From NCBI GenBank assembly GCA_964420185.1, contig CAYQSI010000010.1, positions 4,456 through 68,455 of the forward strand: a stretch of 64,000 nucleotides of DNA, given 5' to 3'. The notes beneath the pieces are model-generated. The model did no database searches. It had not been told where the DNA came from and saw only the letters and a program-made list of their open reading frames with translations. This document shows, in pieces, positions 8,427-18,409 of the stretch (position 1 is the stretch's first letter; every line of letters begins with the position of its first letter). This stretch comes from an uncultured Terracidiphilus sp. (lineage in GTDB: Bacteria > Acidobacteriota > Terriglobia > Terriglobales > Acidobacteriaceae). Position numbers and translations under genes: made by a program.

Positions 8427-9073
8427 GCCAGGGGGAGGATTCAGCAGCCATCCAGCTCAACGTGTTTCTGGAGGAGGCAGGTCAGGAGCCGCTGGACGCG
8501 GCACGGTGCAGAGTTTTCGAGGAGTACCTTTCGCTTATTCTTCGCTGGAATGCCCGCGTCAACCTGACGGCCATTCGCGAGGAAGAGGGGATTCTGAAGC
8601 GGCATTTTGTTGAGTCGATTGCTTGTGCGCGCGCTCTGCCTGCTGGAATTGGCACTCTTCTGGACTTTGGTTCGGGTGCGGGGTTTCCTGGAATCCCGAT
8701 AGCGCTCTGCCGGCCAGAGATTGCAGTCACCCTGGCTGAATCTCAGGGCAAGAAGGCGGCGTTTCTATGCGAGGCCGTTCGGGTGTTGGGAGTTGCAGCC
8801 AAAGTTCATTCTGGGAGGGCCGAGGTTCTGCACGCCGAGTTTGATTGCGTAACTCTGCGTGCCGTGGACAGGATGGAACGGGCCGTTGAGGCGGCCGGTC
8901 AGTTGGTTCGCCCCGGAGGTTGGCTGGCGCTGATGACCACGGGCAAGGAGCTTGACGCGCTCAAGGAAGCGGCCGGGGTGGAGTTTTCCTGGCCAGAGCC
9001 TCTTCCGCAGCACAGTGGCGAAGACCGGCTGATAGCACTCGGAGTGCGAGACAGAGGGCTCATTTCCGAGTAG
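8423..9073 (+). CDS. rsmG: 16S rRNA (guanine527-N7)-methyltransferase
   Basis: 216 aa. 'RWNARVNLTAIREEEGILKRHFVES' and the SAM motif 'LLDFGSGAGFPGIPIAL'. Overlaps the upstream gene by ATGA. Confidence 0.9.
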   Translation: MSQGEDSAAIQLNVFLEEAGQEPLDAARCRVFEEYLSLILRWNARVNLTAIREEEGILKRHFVESIACARALPAGIGTLLDFGSGAGFPGIPIALCRPEIAVTLAESQGKKAAFLCEAVRVLGVAAKVHSGRAEVLHAEFDCVTLRAVDRMERAVEAAGQLVRPGGWLALMTTGKELDALKEAAGVEFSWPEPLPQHSGEDRLIALGVRDRGLISE

Positions 9074-9528
9074 CTGGCCACCTTTTCGTCGAGTCTTTGT
9101 TGGCGCGGAAATGCAAGTTCATTCAGCGCTGCGCGACACGAAGATTCCGCCGGGCGAATCACCGGCCGGGCCAAAGTTAAATGTCTGCTATTCATTTCGC
9201 GGAGTGGTAAACTTCAGCCGTACAAAACGAGTGCACGGGAAGCGCAATCATGGCTTTGCACTGCTCCCGCTTCGTTGCACCAGAGGTTTCTTGCCATGGA
9301 AACCGCCGGCTGTCAGAAGATCCCACGCGCTCCAAGAGCTTCGAACTGGAACTCCGCACCCAAGAACTGCATAGAGATGGCTTGGGGCGGAAGCTTCAAG
9401 GCCACCTGGGCATGGCTCGCCGGGTGCAAGAGGCAGATGGCGCACATCTCGCCCTGTTTGAAGCACTCACGCTCGACAAGATACCCCCAAAACCCACTCA
9501 GGTCTGAACCCAGGAAAGGAGGAAAGCA

Positions 9529-10425
9529 ATGGTCTCCCCAACACTTCTCGTCCTGGCTGCCGGCATGGGCAGCCGATACGGCGGCCTGAAGCTGATCGAG
9601 CCGGTTGGTCCAGATGGCGAAACCGTCATGGACTTTTCGATTTATGATGCGCGGCGCGCAGGGTTCGGCAGGATCGTGCTCGTGATCCGCAGAGAGATTG
9701 AGCGGCGGGTGAAGGAGATCGTCAATGCGCGGATTGGAGAGCACCTTACGGTGGAATATGTCTATCAGGATCTCGCCCAGCTCCCACCTGGATTCCTGGC
9801 GCCTGCCGGCCGCAGCAAGCCCTGGGGTACGACACATGCCATTCTGATGGCCTCCAGCGTCCTTCACGAGCCCTTTGCGGTGATCAATGTTGACGATTTC
9901 TATGGAGCGGAGAGCTACCATGCGATGGCGCATCATTTGCAGTCCGGGAGCAAGGACTATGCGATGGTGGGATTCGTTCTGCGCAACACGCTTTCCGAGT
10001 TCGGCGCAGTAGCGCGCGGGGTGTGCCAGGTGGATGGGAACGGCTTTCTGGAGAACATTGTTGAACTGAAGAGCATTGAACGCGAAGGCGGACACGCCAG
10101 CAACACTGACGCAGCGGGCCAGGAGACGAGGCTGACGGGAGATGAAGTTGTTTCAATGAATATGTGGGGATTTACTCCCCAGGTGTTTGGCCAACTACAC
10201 GAGCACTTTCAGAAGTTTCTTGAAGTGAATGGCAGGGACCTGGAGGCCGAATGCTTCATTCCCAGCACGGTGAATGAGCTGCTTGTGGCCGGGCAGGCGC
10301 GGGTGAAGGTCTTGCGTTGCGCGGATTCCTGGTTTGGCGTTACCTACCAAGAGGATCACCCGCGAGCCGTCGAATGCATACGCCGTCTGATCGAGGCCGG
10401 TAATTATCCGAAAAGACTTTGGTGA
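9529..10425 (+). CDS. sugar-phosphate nucleotidyltransferase family protein
   Basis: 298 aa. N-terminal 'LVLAAGMGSRYGG.K' NTP-transferase signature. An AGGAGGAAAG ribosome-binding site lies upstream. Confidence 0.75.
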   Translation: MVSPTLLVLAAGMGSRYGGLKLIEPVGPDGETVMDFSIYDARRAGFGRIVLVIRREIERRVKEIVNARIGEHLTVEYVYQDLAQLPPGFLAPAGRSKPWGTTHAILMASSVLHEPFAVINVDDFYGAESYHAMAHHLQSGSKDYAMVGFVLRNTLSEFGAVARGVCQVDGNGFLENIVELKSIEREGGHASNTDAAGQETRLTGDEVVSMNMWGFTPQVFGQLHEHFQKFLEVNGRDLEAECFIPSTVNELLVAGQARVKVLRCADSWFGVTYQEDHPRAVECIRRLIEAGNYPKRLW

Positions 10426-10767
10426 TGAGGCAGGAGCAGAAGGTCAGCGTATTTGCGCGCTAATTTCGGAGCGTCTACGCGCAGGGGATTCTTTTTGGTG
10501 GCCGGAGTGGGAAGTAAGCCTGCGCGATGTGGCTGGGGCGTCGAAATGGGAGCCCGTGCGTTCTGAGGCTTATTCCGCCTGGATGGCGGAGGATTTTGGT
10601 TTTGATTGACTACGTTTGCAGAGGTTCAGGTGGAAAGGCTTGAGAATTCGCTTTCTTCTGGGGTGAAGCATCATGGTTCCTCTGATGGAGGCCATGAATT
10701 CTCTGATGTTGCCCCCAGCTTCTTACAGGATCTTTGATGCACAACCGCAGTACTGGGCAGCGCTGAA

Positions 10768-10783
10768 TGTTCCACGTGAAACA
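10768..10783. promoter_or_regulatory. parS: parS centromere site
   Basis: 'tgttccacgtgaaaca' is a perfect match to the widespread consensus tGTTNCACGTGAAACa. It lies about 300 bp upstream of parA. Confidence 0.85.
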
Positions 10784-10811
10784 TCTTGGGAGGGAAGCCC
10801 AAGGTGGGAAT

Positions 10812-10827
10812 CGTTCCACGTGGAACA
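10812..10827. promoter_or_regulatory. parS: Second parS-like site
   Basis: 'cgttccacgtggaaca'. The palindromic core GTTCCACGTGGAAC differs by one position in each arm from the canonical site. It lies 44 bp from the first site. Confidence 0.7.
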
Positions 10828-11084
10828 TTTTCATTTCTTGCCCAATTCAGGAAAGCTTCCAAATAACCAACGGTCTCCCTTAAAAAACACGAAAGTTTTC
10901 CACTGATCGGCCGTTTTGCGGCCCGTCTGGGAGGAGCTGCGCAGACTGCGACGAAACCCTTCCCCTGCAAGGGTTTGCTGGATATTCGCCCCAACCCGCC
11001 GGAGAAGCTTTCCACAGGTTGGCGTGGTTCTCCACAGCGTCAACAGCTATCCTCAAACCGCCCTTCCCTTTAGTCTGGATTGCC

Positions 11085-11921
11085 ATGGGTAAGATTCTTG
11101 GCCTTGTGAACCAAAAGGGCGGAGTTGGCAAGACGACCACGGCTATCAACCTGGCCGCTTGCCTCGCTATCGAGGGCCTTAAGGTTCTCCTGGTGGACTG
11201 TGACCCCCAAGCAAACTGCTCGTCAGGTCTCGGATTTCAGCGCGACGACAACCGGCGTTCCATTTACGACGTGCTGATGGGCGACGCCCCGGCGGAGCAG
11301 GTGATTCTGCCTACGGAGATCGATCTTCTGTCGCTTCTGCCGGGCTCGAAGAACCTGACTGGCGCCAATATCGAGCTGGCGGGGGCCGAGGACCGCGCAA
11401 TCCGGCTGCGCCGCGCCCTGGAGCCGGTTCAGGCCGACTACGACCTGGTGATTCTGGACTGCCCGCCGGCGCTTGACATACTCACCCTCAACGTCCTGGC
11501 AGCCGCGGACACGCTGATTGTGCCCATGCAGGCCGAATACTTTGCCCTGGAGGGCATTTCCGAGCTGATTTCGACTCTTGAACGGGTGCGCGCCGCCTTC
11601 AATCCGGGGCTAACCATCGAGGGCGTGTTGCTGACGATGTACGACGACCGCACCAATCTGGCTCAGCAGGTGACTCAGACCCTGCGCGAGTATTTCAAGG
11701 AACGCCTGTTCCACACCGTGATTCCGCGCAACGTGCGACTGGCCGAGGCGCCCAGCCACGGGAAGCCTGTGGCTCTTTACGATGCGCGTTCCCGTGGGAC
11801 CGAGGCCTACTTTGAGCTGGCTGGGGAGTTTTTGGCGCGCAATCACATCGAGATTCCGCGCCGGGAGGAAGGCGTTGCCTTTGAGCCTGTGGCCGCGGTT
11901 CGTTTCTTGCCAAGCTCCTGA
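11085..11921 (+). CDS. parA: chromosome partitioning ATPase ParA/Soj
   Basis: The ORF 11019-11921 is trimmed to 'MGKILGLVNQKGGVGKTTTAINLA' (deviant Walker A). Confidence 0.92.
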   Translation: MGKILGLVNQKGGVGKTTTAINLAACLAIEGLKVLLVDCDPQANCSSGLGFQRDDNRRSIYDVLMGDAPAEQVILPTEIDLLSLLPGSKNLTGANIELAGAEDRAIRLRRALEPVQADYDLVILDCPPALDILTLNVLAAADTLIVPMQAEYFALEGISELISTLERVRAAFNPGLTIEGVLLTMYDDRTNLAQQVTQTLREYFKERLFHTVIPRNVRLAEAPSHGKPVALYDARSRGTEAYFELAGEFLARNHIEIPRREEGVAFEPVAAVRFLPSS

Positions 11922-12019
11922 CGGCTGCTTTTCGCAGACCGCCGCACACTGTCTTCACTCCAATTCATACAAATTCGATTTGCACCGGCCGGGATCACCG
12001 GAATAAAGGATTGTGAACC

Positions 12020-12922
12020 ATGAGCATCGCCGCACCAGAAATGAAACGCCGCGCCCTGGGCAAAGGGCTGGATTCCCTGTTGCCGCGCGTTCCAACCGCT
12101 GCTGCTCCTTCCGCACCAGAGCACGAAGGGGGAAAGCCGCTGGAGATCTCCCTCGACCATCTCGATCGCAACCCGTTCCAGACGCGCTCGCAGATGAACG
12201 AGGAGCAGTTGGCCGAGCTGGCCGCATCCATCACCGCCAATGGCGTGGTGCAGCCTGTGTTGGTACGTCCGCTGGCCAACGGCCGCTTTCAACTGATTGC
12301 CGGAGAACGGCGCTGGCGGGCCTCGGAACTGGCAGGCAAGAAGACCATTCCGGCAATTCTGCGCCAAGTCTCTGACGAGCAGGCGCTGGAAATTACCATC
12401 GTCGAGAACTTACAGCGGGCGGACTTGAACCCGATGGAGCAGTCGCGCGCCTACGAGCGGCTCTCTCGCGAGTTTCATATGACCCAGGAGCAGATGGCGG
12501 TGCGCACGGGAAAGGACCGCGCTACGGTTGCTAACTTCTTACGTTTGTTAAAGTTACCAGCATCCGTGCAGGCGCGCGTTGAGCTGGGAGAGCTGAGTTT
12601 TGGCCATGCGCGGACACTGCTGGCCTTTGAGCATGCCGAAGAGATGGAAAAGGCGGCAAAGCGGATCATTGCACTTTCGCTTTCTGTTCGCCAGACAGAG
12701 AGCTATGTTCAGGGGCTGATTCATCCCGAGCGCAACGTGAAGAAGGAGCCCAAACCCGAAGTTCCCGTCGATCCCAACATTCGGGCTGTGCAGGAGCGAT
12801 TGCAGCGAGCACTCGGGCTGAAGGTTCACATCGAAGACCACGATGGGCGCGGCAAAGTCATCATCGAATACGCGCGGCTGGAAGACTTTGATGGGCTTCT
12901 GGAGACGCTGGCGGGAGAGTGA
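12020..12922 (+). CDS. parB: chromosome partitioning protein ParB/Spo0J
   Basis: 300 aa. Has 'RRALGKGLDSLLP', 'NPFQTRS', 'LIAGERRWRASELAG' and an HTH region. Confidence 0.92.
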   Translation: MSIAAPEMKRRALGKGLDSLLPRVPTAAAPSAPEHEGGKPLEISLDHLDRNPFQTRSQMNEEQLAELAASITANGVVQPVLVRPLANGRFQLIAGERRWRASELAGKKTIPAILRQVSDEQALEITIVENLQRADLNPMEQSRAYERLSREFHMTQEQMAVRTGKDRATVANFLRLLKLPASVQARVELGELSFGHARTLLAFEHAEEMEKAAKRIIALSLSVRQTESYVQGLIHPERNVKKEPKPEVPVDPNIRAVQERLQRALGLKVHIEDHDGRGKVIIEYARLEDFDGLLETLAGE

Positions 12923-13011
12923 GACGCGGGAATACGATCAAAAACAACCGCGGGCGCTTTTGGGCAAGCTCAAGGTCGGCTCCCACCCCGGAGGACGAAT
13001 ACACAAAGCTC

Positions 13012-13175
13012 GTGCGCCGGGGACCCAGGTTCCGCTGCACTTCGCTCTGGATGAACGGGGCGGATCAAACCCTGGGTATTAAAAAATCAGCAAGTTAGCC
13101 ACCGCTTCGCGGTGAGAGCGAGTTAGCAAGTTAGCGGATTTGTGCGACTGGCTGGGCCTTCTTGCCCGAGTTCAC
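13012..13175 (+). repeat. Family-D module + GTTAGC hairpin element (composite of about 165 bp)
   Basis: About 85% identical by eye to 24697-24860 and 24914-25075: 'gcgccggggac...ggttccgc.gc.ctt.gctc.tgg.tgaacgggg.gg.atcaaa.cc.ggg' followed by 'atcagcaagttagccaccgcttcgcggtgagagcgagttagcaagttagcggatttgtgcgactggc'. Confidence 0.8.
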
Positions 13176-13176
13176 T

Positions 13177-14010
13177 TCAGACTTCATTCGCCTGGGCGGA
13201 GTGCCTGGTCCAGGAGTCCAACGAGACGAACTGATGCGTCTGGGTGTAACGCGCGATCAGTTGCGCGGCGGCGGCAAGGGATGGCGCGCGATTGGCGACG
13301 GGGTCAAGGTGGTTTCCGTCGTGGAGGACGATGGTGGCTGCGCGGCCATGACGCTCCAGACGATCGATCTTGCGCATCAACCGCTGGGCAATTGAGTCGG
13401 CCGAGGGGTTTTTCCAGTCGGAGGTCATGGCGTTCCAGAGCACGGGAATCATGCCCAGCCTCCTGGCTGCACGCAGAACTTCAGGCCGGCGCGCGCCAAA
13501 GGGCGGGCGAAAGTAGCGGACTGGCTCGCCCGTGATCTGCTCCAGCGCCTGGCTGGAGCGGGAGAGCTGCTCGTCGATGCGGCTGGCCGAGGCCAGGGCC
13601 AGGTTGAGATGACTCCAGGAATGGTTGCCGATCTGGTGTCCGGCTGCGACAATCTGGCGCACGAGCGCCGGTTGGGCCTGGGCGTAGCTGCCGACCAGAA
13701 AGAAGGTCGCATGCACGTCACGGCGGGCCAGAATTTCGAGCAAGCGCGGCGTGAAGGCGGGATTGGGGCCGTCATCGAAGGAGAGCGCGAGTTCGCCGGG
13801 GCGCGGCGGGGCAATCAGCGTGGAACCGAAGAGCTGCGAGCCGGGCCATAAGGAGGCATAGGCAAAGCCGCCCGCCGCCAGGCCCAGTGCGGCCGTTGTG
13901 CCGAGCCCAGTTGAGATTCCTATCGCCAGAGGTGAAATCATTCTGTCTTTAGTGTGCAGCGATGACGGCATGAAGGGCAAGCCATACCATCTGTTTCGGC
14001 TCGTGCGCAC
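13177..14010 (-). CDS. polysaccharide deacetylase (NodB homology) family protein
   Basis: 277 aa. Has 'LSFDDGPNP', 'HATFFLVG' and 'GHQIGNHSWSH', with an N-terminal TM/signal segment. Confidence 0.85.
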   Translation of the reverse strand: MRTSRNRWYGLPFMPSSLHTKDRMISPLAIGISTGLGTTAALGLAAGGFAYASLWPGSQLFGSTLIAPPRPGELALSFDDGPNPAFTPRLLEILARRDVHATFFLVGSYAQAQPALVRQIVAAGHQIGNHSWSHLNLALASASRIDEQLSRSSQALEQITGEPVRYFRPPFGARRPEVLRAARRLGMIPVLWNAMTSDWKNPSADSIAQRLMRKIDRLERHGRAATIVLHDGNHLDPVANRAPSLAAAAQLIARYTQTHQFVSLDSWTRHSAQANEV

Positions 14011-14019
14011 GGAGAGGTG

Positions 14020-14067
14020 GCAGGTTAGCTCCCGCTTTGCGGGGGTGGCAAGTTAGCGAGTTAGCAA
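14020..14067. repeat. GTTAGC hairpin element
   Basis: 'gcaggttagctcccgctttgcgggggtggcaagttagcgagttagcaa'. Confidence 0.8.
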
Positions 14068-14199
14068 CGGCGGGGTACTACGGATCTCAGATGACGTACC
14101 ATTCATTTCGACAGCCGTTCCACGATTCCGCTTGACACGGCCTTGCTGCCTGCGGCACAGTCAACTGCGCAACTTCTAGTTCACAACGGAGGATCATCA

Positions 14200-14607
14200 A
14201 TGCACTGTCTGCAATTCAATCATTTCGCAGTGCTGGTTTCGGCGGTCTATCAGTGGGTACTGGGCGCGCTATGGTATTCGCTGTTCTTCGCCAAGCCGTG
14301 GGCAGCCCTGACGGGTAAGAAGATGTGTTCAAAGCCCGATAAGGCCGCAGTCGCCGGCATGATCTCATCGTTCATCGGCGGCCTGATTCTGTCTTATGTG
14401 CTGCTCCACGTGGTGCGCTGGTCCAGCACGGAGACCATCCAACGGGGCATTCTCGTCAGCCTCTCCTGCTGGGTGGGTTTCATTGCCGCCCCGCTGCTTG
14501 CCGAGACGATGTATGAAAAGCGCCCCTTCAAGCTCTTCGCCATCAATAGTGGCTACTGGCTGGTAGCCATCCTGGGAAGTGGCTGCCTGTTTGCAGTCTG
14601 GCAGTGA
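14200..14607 (+). CDS. DUF1761-like small membrane protein
   Basis: The ORF 14143-14607 is trimmed to '[34 protein letters not shown]'. It has four hydrophobic segments. The family call is from memory of the N-terminal pattern. Confidence 0.6.
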   Translation: MHCLQFNHFAVLVSAVYQWVLGALWYSLFFAKPWAALTGKKMCSKPDKAAVAGMISSFIGGLILSYVLLHVVRWSSTETIQRGILVSLSCWVGFIAAPLLAETMYEKRPFKLFAINSGYWLVAILGSGCLFAVWQ

Positions 14608-14641
14608 GATTTTCGGGCGTTCGTGCCGCTACAATCGAGGC

Positions 14642-15031
14642 ATGAACAAACACGTCATCGCAACCGATAAAGCTCCTGCCGCCATCGGCCCCTACTCGCA
14701 GGGTGTTCGTGCGGGACACCTTGTTTTTACCGCTGGCCAGATTCCGCTGGACCCGGTCACCCAACAAGTGGTGACCGGCGGCATCACGGAGCAGACCACA
14801 CGCGTGCTGGAAAACCTGAAGGCCATTCTGGAAGCGGCGGGCAGCAGCCTTGCCCAGGTGGTCAAGACCACCGTGTTCCTCAATGACATGAAAGATTTTG
14901 CCGCCATGAACGCGGTCTATGGCGCCTATCTTGGCGCCGAAGGCGTGCCGCCTCCGGCGCGCACCGCGGTGGAGGTCTCTCGCCTGCCTAAGGATGTGTT
15001 GGTAGAGATCGAAGCGGTTGCCGAGGTCTGA
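14642..15031 (+). CDS. ridA: RidA family reactive-intermediate deaminase (YjgF/L-PSP)
   Basis: '[38 protein letters not shown]' and '[23 protein letters not shown]'. Confidence 0.9.
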   Translation: MNKHVIATDKAPAAIGPYSQGVRAGHLVFTAGQIPLDPVTQQVVTGGITEQTTRVLENLKAILEAAGSSLAQVVKTTVFLNDMKDFAAMNAVYGAYLGAEGVPPPARTAVEVSRLPKDVLVEIEAVAEV

Positions 15032-15252
15032 AAGCAAAGCTCCCGATCCATTCAACGATCAGTGTGCATCCAATTGGCGTAGAGTGTTTTCCCTATCGGT
15101 GTAGAGTGCGGCGTGGACCGGGAGGTCTACGCAACAGCCGGCCAGGAGGCCGGCGCTACTTGTTCTTGCAGCGACCGGCAAGCTTGAGGCAAGCAGGAGA
15201 TCCACTCTATACCAACAGGCAAAACGCTCAAGATGAAGCCAGGAGGCACTCG

Positions 15253-15678
15253 ATGAGCGATGTGGGCGGAGAGACCAAGAGGCCCGAACGGGTAGAGCGC
15301 ACAGAGGCTGAGTGGCGAGCGCTGCTTACGCCGGAGCAGTACAGGATTCTGCGCGAAAAGGCCACCGAGCGCGCCTTCAGCGGCGCGCTGACCGAGAACG
15401 ACGAGACGGGGAACTACCAGTGCGCCGGTTGTGGGGCGCTGCTGTTTCTGAGCGGGGCCAAATTCGACTCCGGCTGCGGCTGGCCAAGTTTTCTGCTGCC
15501 CGCCGACGCGAAGGCCGTTGTCGAGCACGAAGACCTGAGCCACGGAATGCGGCGCGTTGAGGTCACGTGCGCACGGTGCGGCGGCCACTTGGGCCATGTC
15601 TTCCCCGATGGACCCCACCCAACCGGGCTGCGGTACTGTATCAACTCCGCCTCGCTCAGCTTTGAGCGGGAGAAGTGA
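15253..15678 (+). CDS. msrB: peptide-methionine (R)-S-oxide reductase
   Basis: ATG at 15253 is preceded by AGGAGG. Has '[27 protein letters not shown]', the 'CAGCG'/'[12 protein letters not shown]' Zn motifs and 'RYCINS'. Confidence 0.92.
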   Translation: MSDVGGETKRPERVERTEAEWRALLTPEQYRILREKATERAFSGALTENDETGNYQCAGCGALLFLSGAKFDSGCGWPSFLLPADAKAVVEHEDLSHGMRRVEVTCARCGGHLGHVFPDGPHPTGLRYCINSASLSFEREK

Positions 15679-15787
15679 GGCGGTTGCGCCGTGCGGCAAA
15701 AGGATGAATTTCGAGCAAAACGCACGGAAGGCATCCCTCGGGGGCTAAAGCCCCGACCTACCAGTCGTGCCCTGAAAGGCTCCTAGT

Positions 15788-15884
15788 CCCTGACTGGATG
15801 GTTTCGTACCATTGAATCCGTGGTTTCCCTGGTCTCAAAATCGAGACCAGGGGCACCCAACATTGGTACAACTTCAAGCGGTCA
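15788..15884. mobile_element. Family-B MITE copy
   Basis: See 4036-4137. Confidence 0.8.
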
Positions 15885-15946
15885 GCATTTACGGCAGTCA
15901 GGGCTAAAGCCCTGACCTACCAGTCGTGCCCTGACAGGCTCCTAGT

Positions 15947-16046
15947 TCCTGACTGGATGGTTTCGTACCATTGAATCCGTGGTTTCCCTGGTCTCAAAAT
16001 CGAGACCAGGGGCACCCAACATTAGTACAACTTCAAGCGGTCAGAG
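15947..16046. mobile_element. Family-B MITE copy
   Basis: See 4036-4137. It lies in tandem with 15788-15884, each preceded by a family-C word 'gggctaaagccc.gacctaccagtcgtgccctga'. Confidence 0.8.
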
Positions 16047-16048
16047 AC

Positions 16049-16579
16049 CTAGGAGGGGAAGAGAAGGTCTGAGGTGGCTGGCAGGGTGGTCAGGCGAGCG
16101 CGGCGACGGGACGGCTGTGGATCGGGGGAGGCGAGGAGGTTGGCAATCTCGCGGAGTTCTGCTCGAGCATGGGCGATGGCGGAGGCGACCTCGTCCAGAT
16201 TTTGGCCGGAGAGGGGCTGGGCGGCGCCGACGACCAGGAGCGGCAACCGGGGCTGCGGATCGCTCTGTTGCACTGGTTGTGGTTGGGGATCATGGTGGCG
16301 GTGGGCCTGTTCCAGCGCTTGCCGGGCGCCAGCCAGCGTGTAGCCCTCAATGTGGACCAAGTGCTTGATCTTCAGGGCCAGCTCGACATCACGGCGGCGG
16401 TAAAGCCGCTGGCCGGTTCCGCTCTTGTTGGGTTTGAGCTGGGGAAACTGCGTCTCCCAAAAGCGCAGGACATAGGTTTCGACGCTGCAGATGCGGGCCA
16501 CGTCACCAATCTTGAAGTAGAGGCGGTCGGGGATGGCGGGCGAGTCGAGGGCGCTGTTCTGAAGTAGTTGCATGGCCAT
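16049..16579 (-). CDS. MerR family transcriptional regulator
   Basis: 'YFKIGDVARICSVETYVLRFWETQFPQLKPNKSGTGQRLYRRRDVELALKIKHLV' is a MerR-type HTH. The start is trimmed to M43 of the ORF because the upstream part is the MITE. Confidence 0.8.
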   Translation of the reverse strand: MAMQLLQNSALDSPAIPDRLYFKIGDVARICSVETYVLRFWETQFPQLKPNKSGTGQRLYRRRDVELALKIKHLVHIEGYTLAGARQALEQAHRHHDPQPQPVQQSDPQPRLPLLVVGAAQPLSGQNLDEVASAIAHARAELREIANLLASPDPQPSRRRARLTTLPATSDLLFPS

Positions 16580-16679
16580 GGTAAAGGCGAGGAGGACACC
16601 GCAACTGGGGTGGAAACCCTTCTCTAGAGGCAGTATAGGTAGGATTTGCACTAAATGTGAAGCAAAATTTGCAGTTAAG

Positions 16680-16781
16680 TCTCTGACCTCGTGGTTTCGT
16701 ACCATTCAATCCGTGGTTTCCCGGGTCGGAAAATCGAGAGCCGGGGCACCCAGCCATGGTACAAATTCAAGCGGTCAGAGA
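16680..16781. mobile_element. Family-B MITE copy
   Basis: 'tctctgacctcgtggtttcgtaccattcaatccgtggtttcccgggtcggaaaatcgagagccggggcacccagccatggtacaaattcaagcggtcagaga'. Confidence 0.8.
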
Positions 16782-16860
16782 CCTAGCGGACATTCAAATT
16801 GAAAAGAACAGAGGAATGCTGACCCGAATTGATGAGAAATCGATCCGGGCCAGGAGAGGC

Positions 16861-18036
<1,176 letters not shown>

Positions 18037-18067
18037 TCAACTTGGCGGTGTGTGTGGGGTAGATTGC

Positions 18068-18118
18068 AGCAAGTTAGCCACCGCTTCGCGGTGATAGCGA
18101 GTTAGCAGGTTAGCGGGA
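18068..18118. repeat. GTTAGC hairpin element
   Basis: 'agcaagttagccaccgcttcgcggtgatagcgagttagcaggttagcggga'. Confidence 0.8.
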
Positions 18119-18206
18119 CTGGTGGTTTTCCACCTTGCAACAGAAAATAAGAAGCAGGTTCCCTTCGACTCCGTTCCTGATGAACAAAACCGATTGAAGG
18201 TTGAGG

Positions 18207-18258
18207 TTTCCCACCCTTGCCGCAAGAACAAAAACGCGGCAAGGATGGGGCACCCAGG
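18207..18258. repeat. Family-A MITE core only
   Basis: 'tcccacccttgccgcaagaacaaaaacgcggcaaggatggggcacccagg'. A second degenerate core lies at about 18308-18355. Confidence 0.75.
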
Positions 18259-18409
18259 CCATAGTGTACCCATCGGTTCGATTTGCAAGGTACAGATTTC
18301 GAGCGCGGGCGAGGACGCCCGCGCTACAAAAAAGCGCAAGGATGGGGCACGGAAGAATTGGGGTGAACCCCGGGTTTTGCGGGGTTGAGAGGGCAAAAGC
18401 GCAGCCCGG

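Noticed and set aside
9074-9528. A 455-bp spacer between rsmG and the nucleotidyltransferase. The tail of the antisense ORF 9313..10095 ('..ECFKQGEMCAICLLHPASHAQVALKLPPQAISMQFLGAEFQFEALGARGIF') looked faintly protein-like, as if a gene remnant.
   Set aside because: There is no start or ribosome-binding site, no recognisable family and no repeats. It cannot be supported as a gene, pseudogene or RNA from sequence alone.
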